Shown in pieces: positions 62,921-64,000 of a stretch of 64,000 bases of DNA. The stretch comes from Phyllobates terribilis (taxonomy: Eukaryota). The translations under genes and the position numbers were made by a program. The notes under the pieces are model-generated. The model was not told where the DNA came from and ran no database searches. It saw only the letters and a program-made list of their open reading frames with translations. Each line of letters begins with the position of its first letter. Within the stretch, counting starts at the first letter, position 1. Location: NCBI RefSeq assembly GCF_046119375.1, contig NW_027362761.1:537788001-537852000 (forward strand), in the 5' to 3' direction.

Positions 62921-63712
62921 TTTATTAAGCTAAAAATATTTTGGCAATCAGATCTGTTACAAAAAAAAAGGAACTTTTTATTTGCGTCAAAAAAGATGAG
63001 CAGCGTCGCCACCAACTGAAAGGGTTAAGGACAAAAATAAGTATAATGGGACTAGTCTGGCATCGCCGCCCTCCATATCTTTTTTTTATTGTTGTCGTGT
63101 TGTGGTATCTGTCATTTTTACTTGTAGATGTCAGTACAGTATCGGGATGAGCCGGCCATGGCGGATAAAACCTGGACCACCATGGGCTTCTAATGCAGCG
63201 GGCCAGGACAGACGAATCAGTGTTTATAGCCTGAAATAATGACCTAATTATACACCGCACATGGGTTATGGCTTGTTACTGGAAACAGTCAGCTAGCTTG
63301 CCGCTAGTCGTCATATAATAATTCTGTATGTGAACGGCCAAATGTTGCCCATCTGCCATAATGTTTTGCTTTTTGGGGTTTGATAAAAATTCAGTTTCAG
63401 ACCCTAATTTGCGTGTGACCCATTTTCATGACAAAAATTGTACATATGTCCCAATAAGGCCTCGCCGTCCTGTCGCTTTTCCTGTATGTTTTGTACATTT
63501 ATCAGTATTGTATGTGCCATTGTGAAATTGTTTGTCGCCGACAGCTGCCACGCACAGCGAAAATAATTTTATTTTATTCTGTTTTATTTATTAAAAGGCT
63601 CCAAATTTTTTTTTTCTCATTTACAAATATATCTTTCCGTAAATTACTTCTTTGCCCCAACACCATTTTATATAGGACATGACCTGAATCTATGGCATTA
63701 GACTTGCAAATA

Positions 63713-63748
<36 letters not shown>

Positions 63749-64000
63749 ATAATGTGATAATCCTTCTTATGTAAGAAGTTGTCACAATCTAATATTAAAA
63801 ATTATGTAATTTTACAGAAAAAAAAATCCTCATAGGATTTAGCAACCATTTCTTTTAAAAAGGACCTGTCACCAGTTCAAATATGTTCAGTTATTTGTTT
63901 GGTTTTATTCCTTCTGCTCCCTCGAATATTCCGTTTTTTATTTTTTTACAATCTGCCCTACAGTTCCAGAGATATGGGCCTTTTTAATTTGTGCTACTTT

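Noticed and set aside
63716-63745. A30 tract as a retrocopy tail or the hwa poly(A) site
   Set aside because: It is a genomic A-run with no recognisable retroelement body or TSD. It could cause internal oligo-dT priming artefacts.

Overview
Vertebrate genomic DNA, almost certainly an anuran (frog/toad), judged from the transposon and satellite families and the huluwa gene. Two spliced protein-coding genes lie on the + strand. (1) DNAJB5 (Hsp40): 5' exon ending at 16641, coding exons 32977-33187, 34805-35397 and 42910-43143, 345 aa, driven by a CCAAT/CRE/GC-box promoter at about 16.3-16.6 kb that looks bidirectional. (2) An orthologue of the maternal dorsal determinant huluwa (hwa): exons 58583-59215, 61500-61695 and 61965-62137, 333 aa. 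The ORF track does not show it as one gene. It has a Thr variant of the PPNSP phospho-switch, a CAC-rich 3'UTR resembling an oocyte vegetal-localisation element, and CPEs overlapping an ATTAAA. A weakly supported divergent spliced transcript may run leftward from the DNAJB5 promoter. The rest is repeat-rich: a roughly 5.8-kb 26-bp C8/G8 satellite in DNAJB5 intron 1, several minisatellites, a chimeric Tc1 block, a decayed CR1 LINE, a V-SINE, LTR-like remnants, a Helitron-like element and many PIF/Harbinger (TTA) and T2-type (TTAA) MITEs. All coordinates and counts are by hand, and family and gene assignments rely on remembered reference sequences, not database searches.
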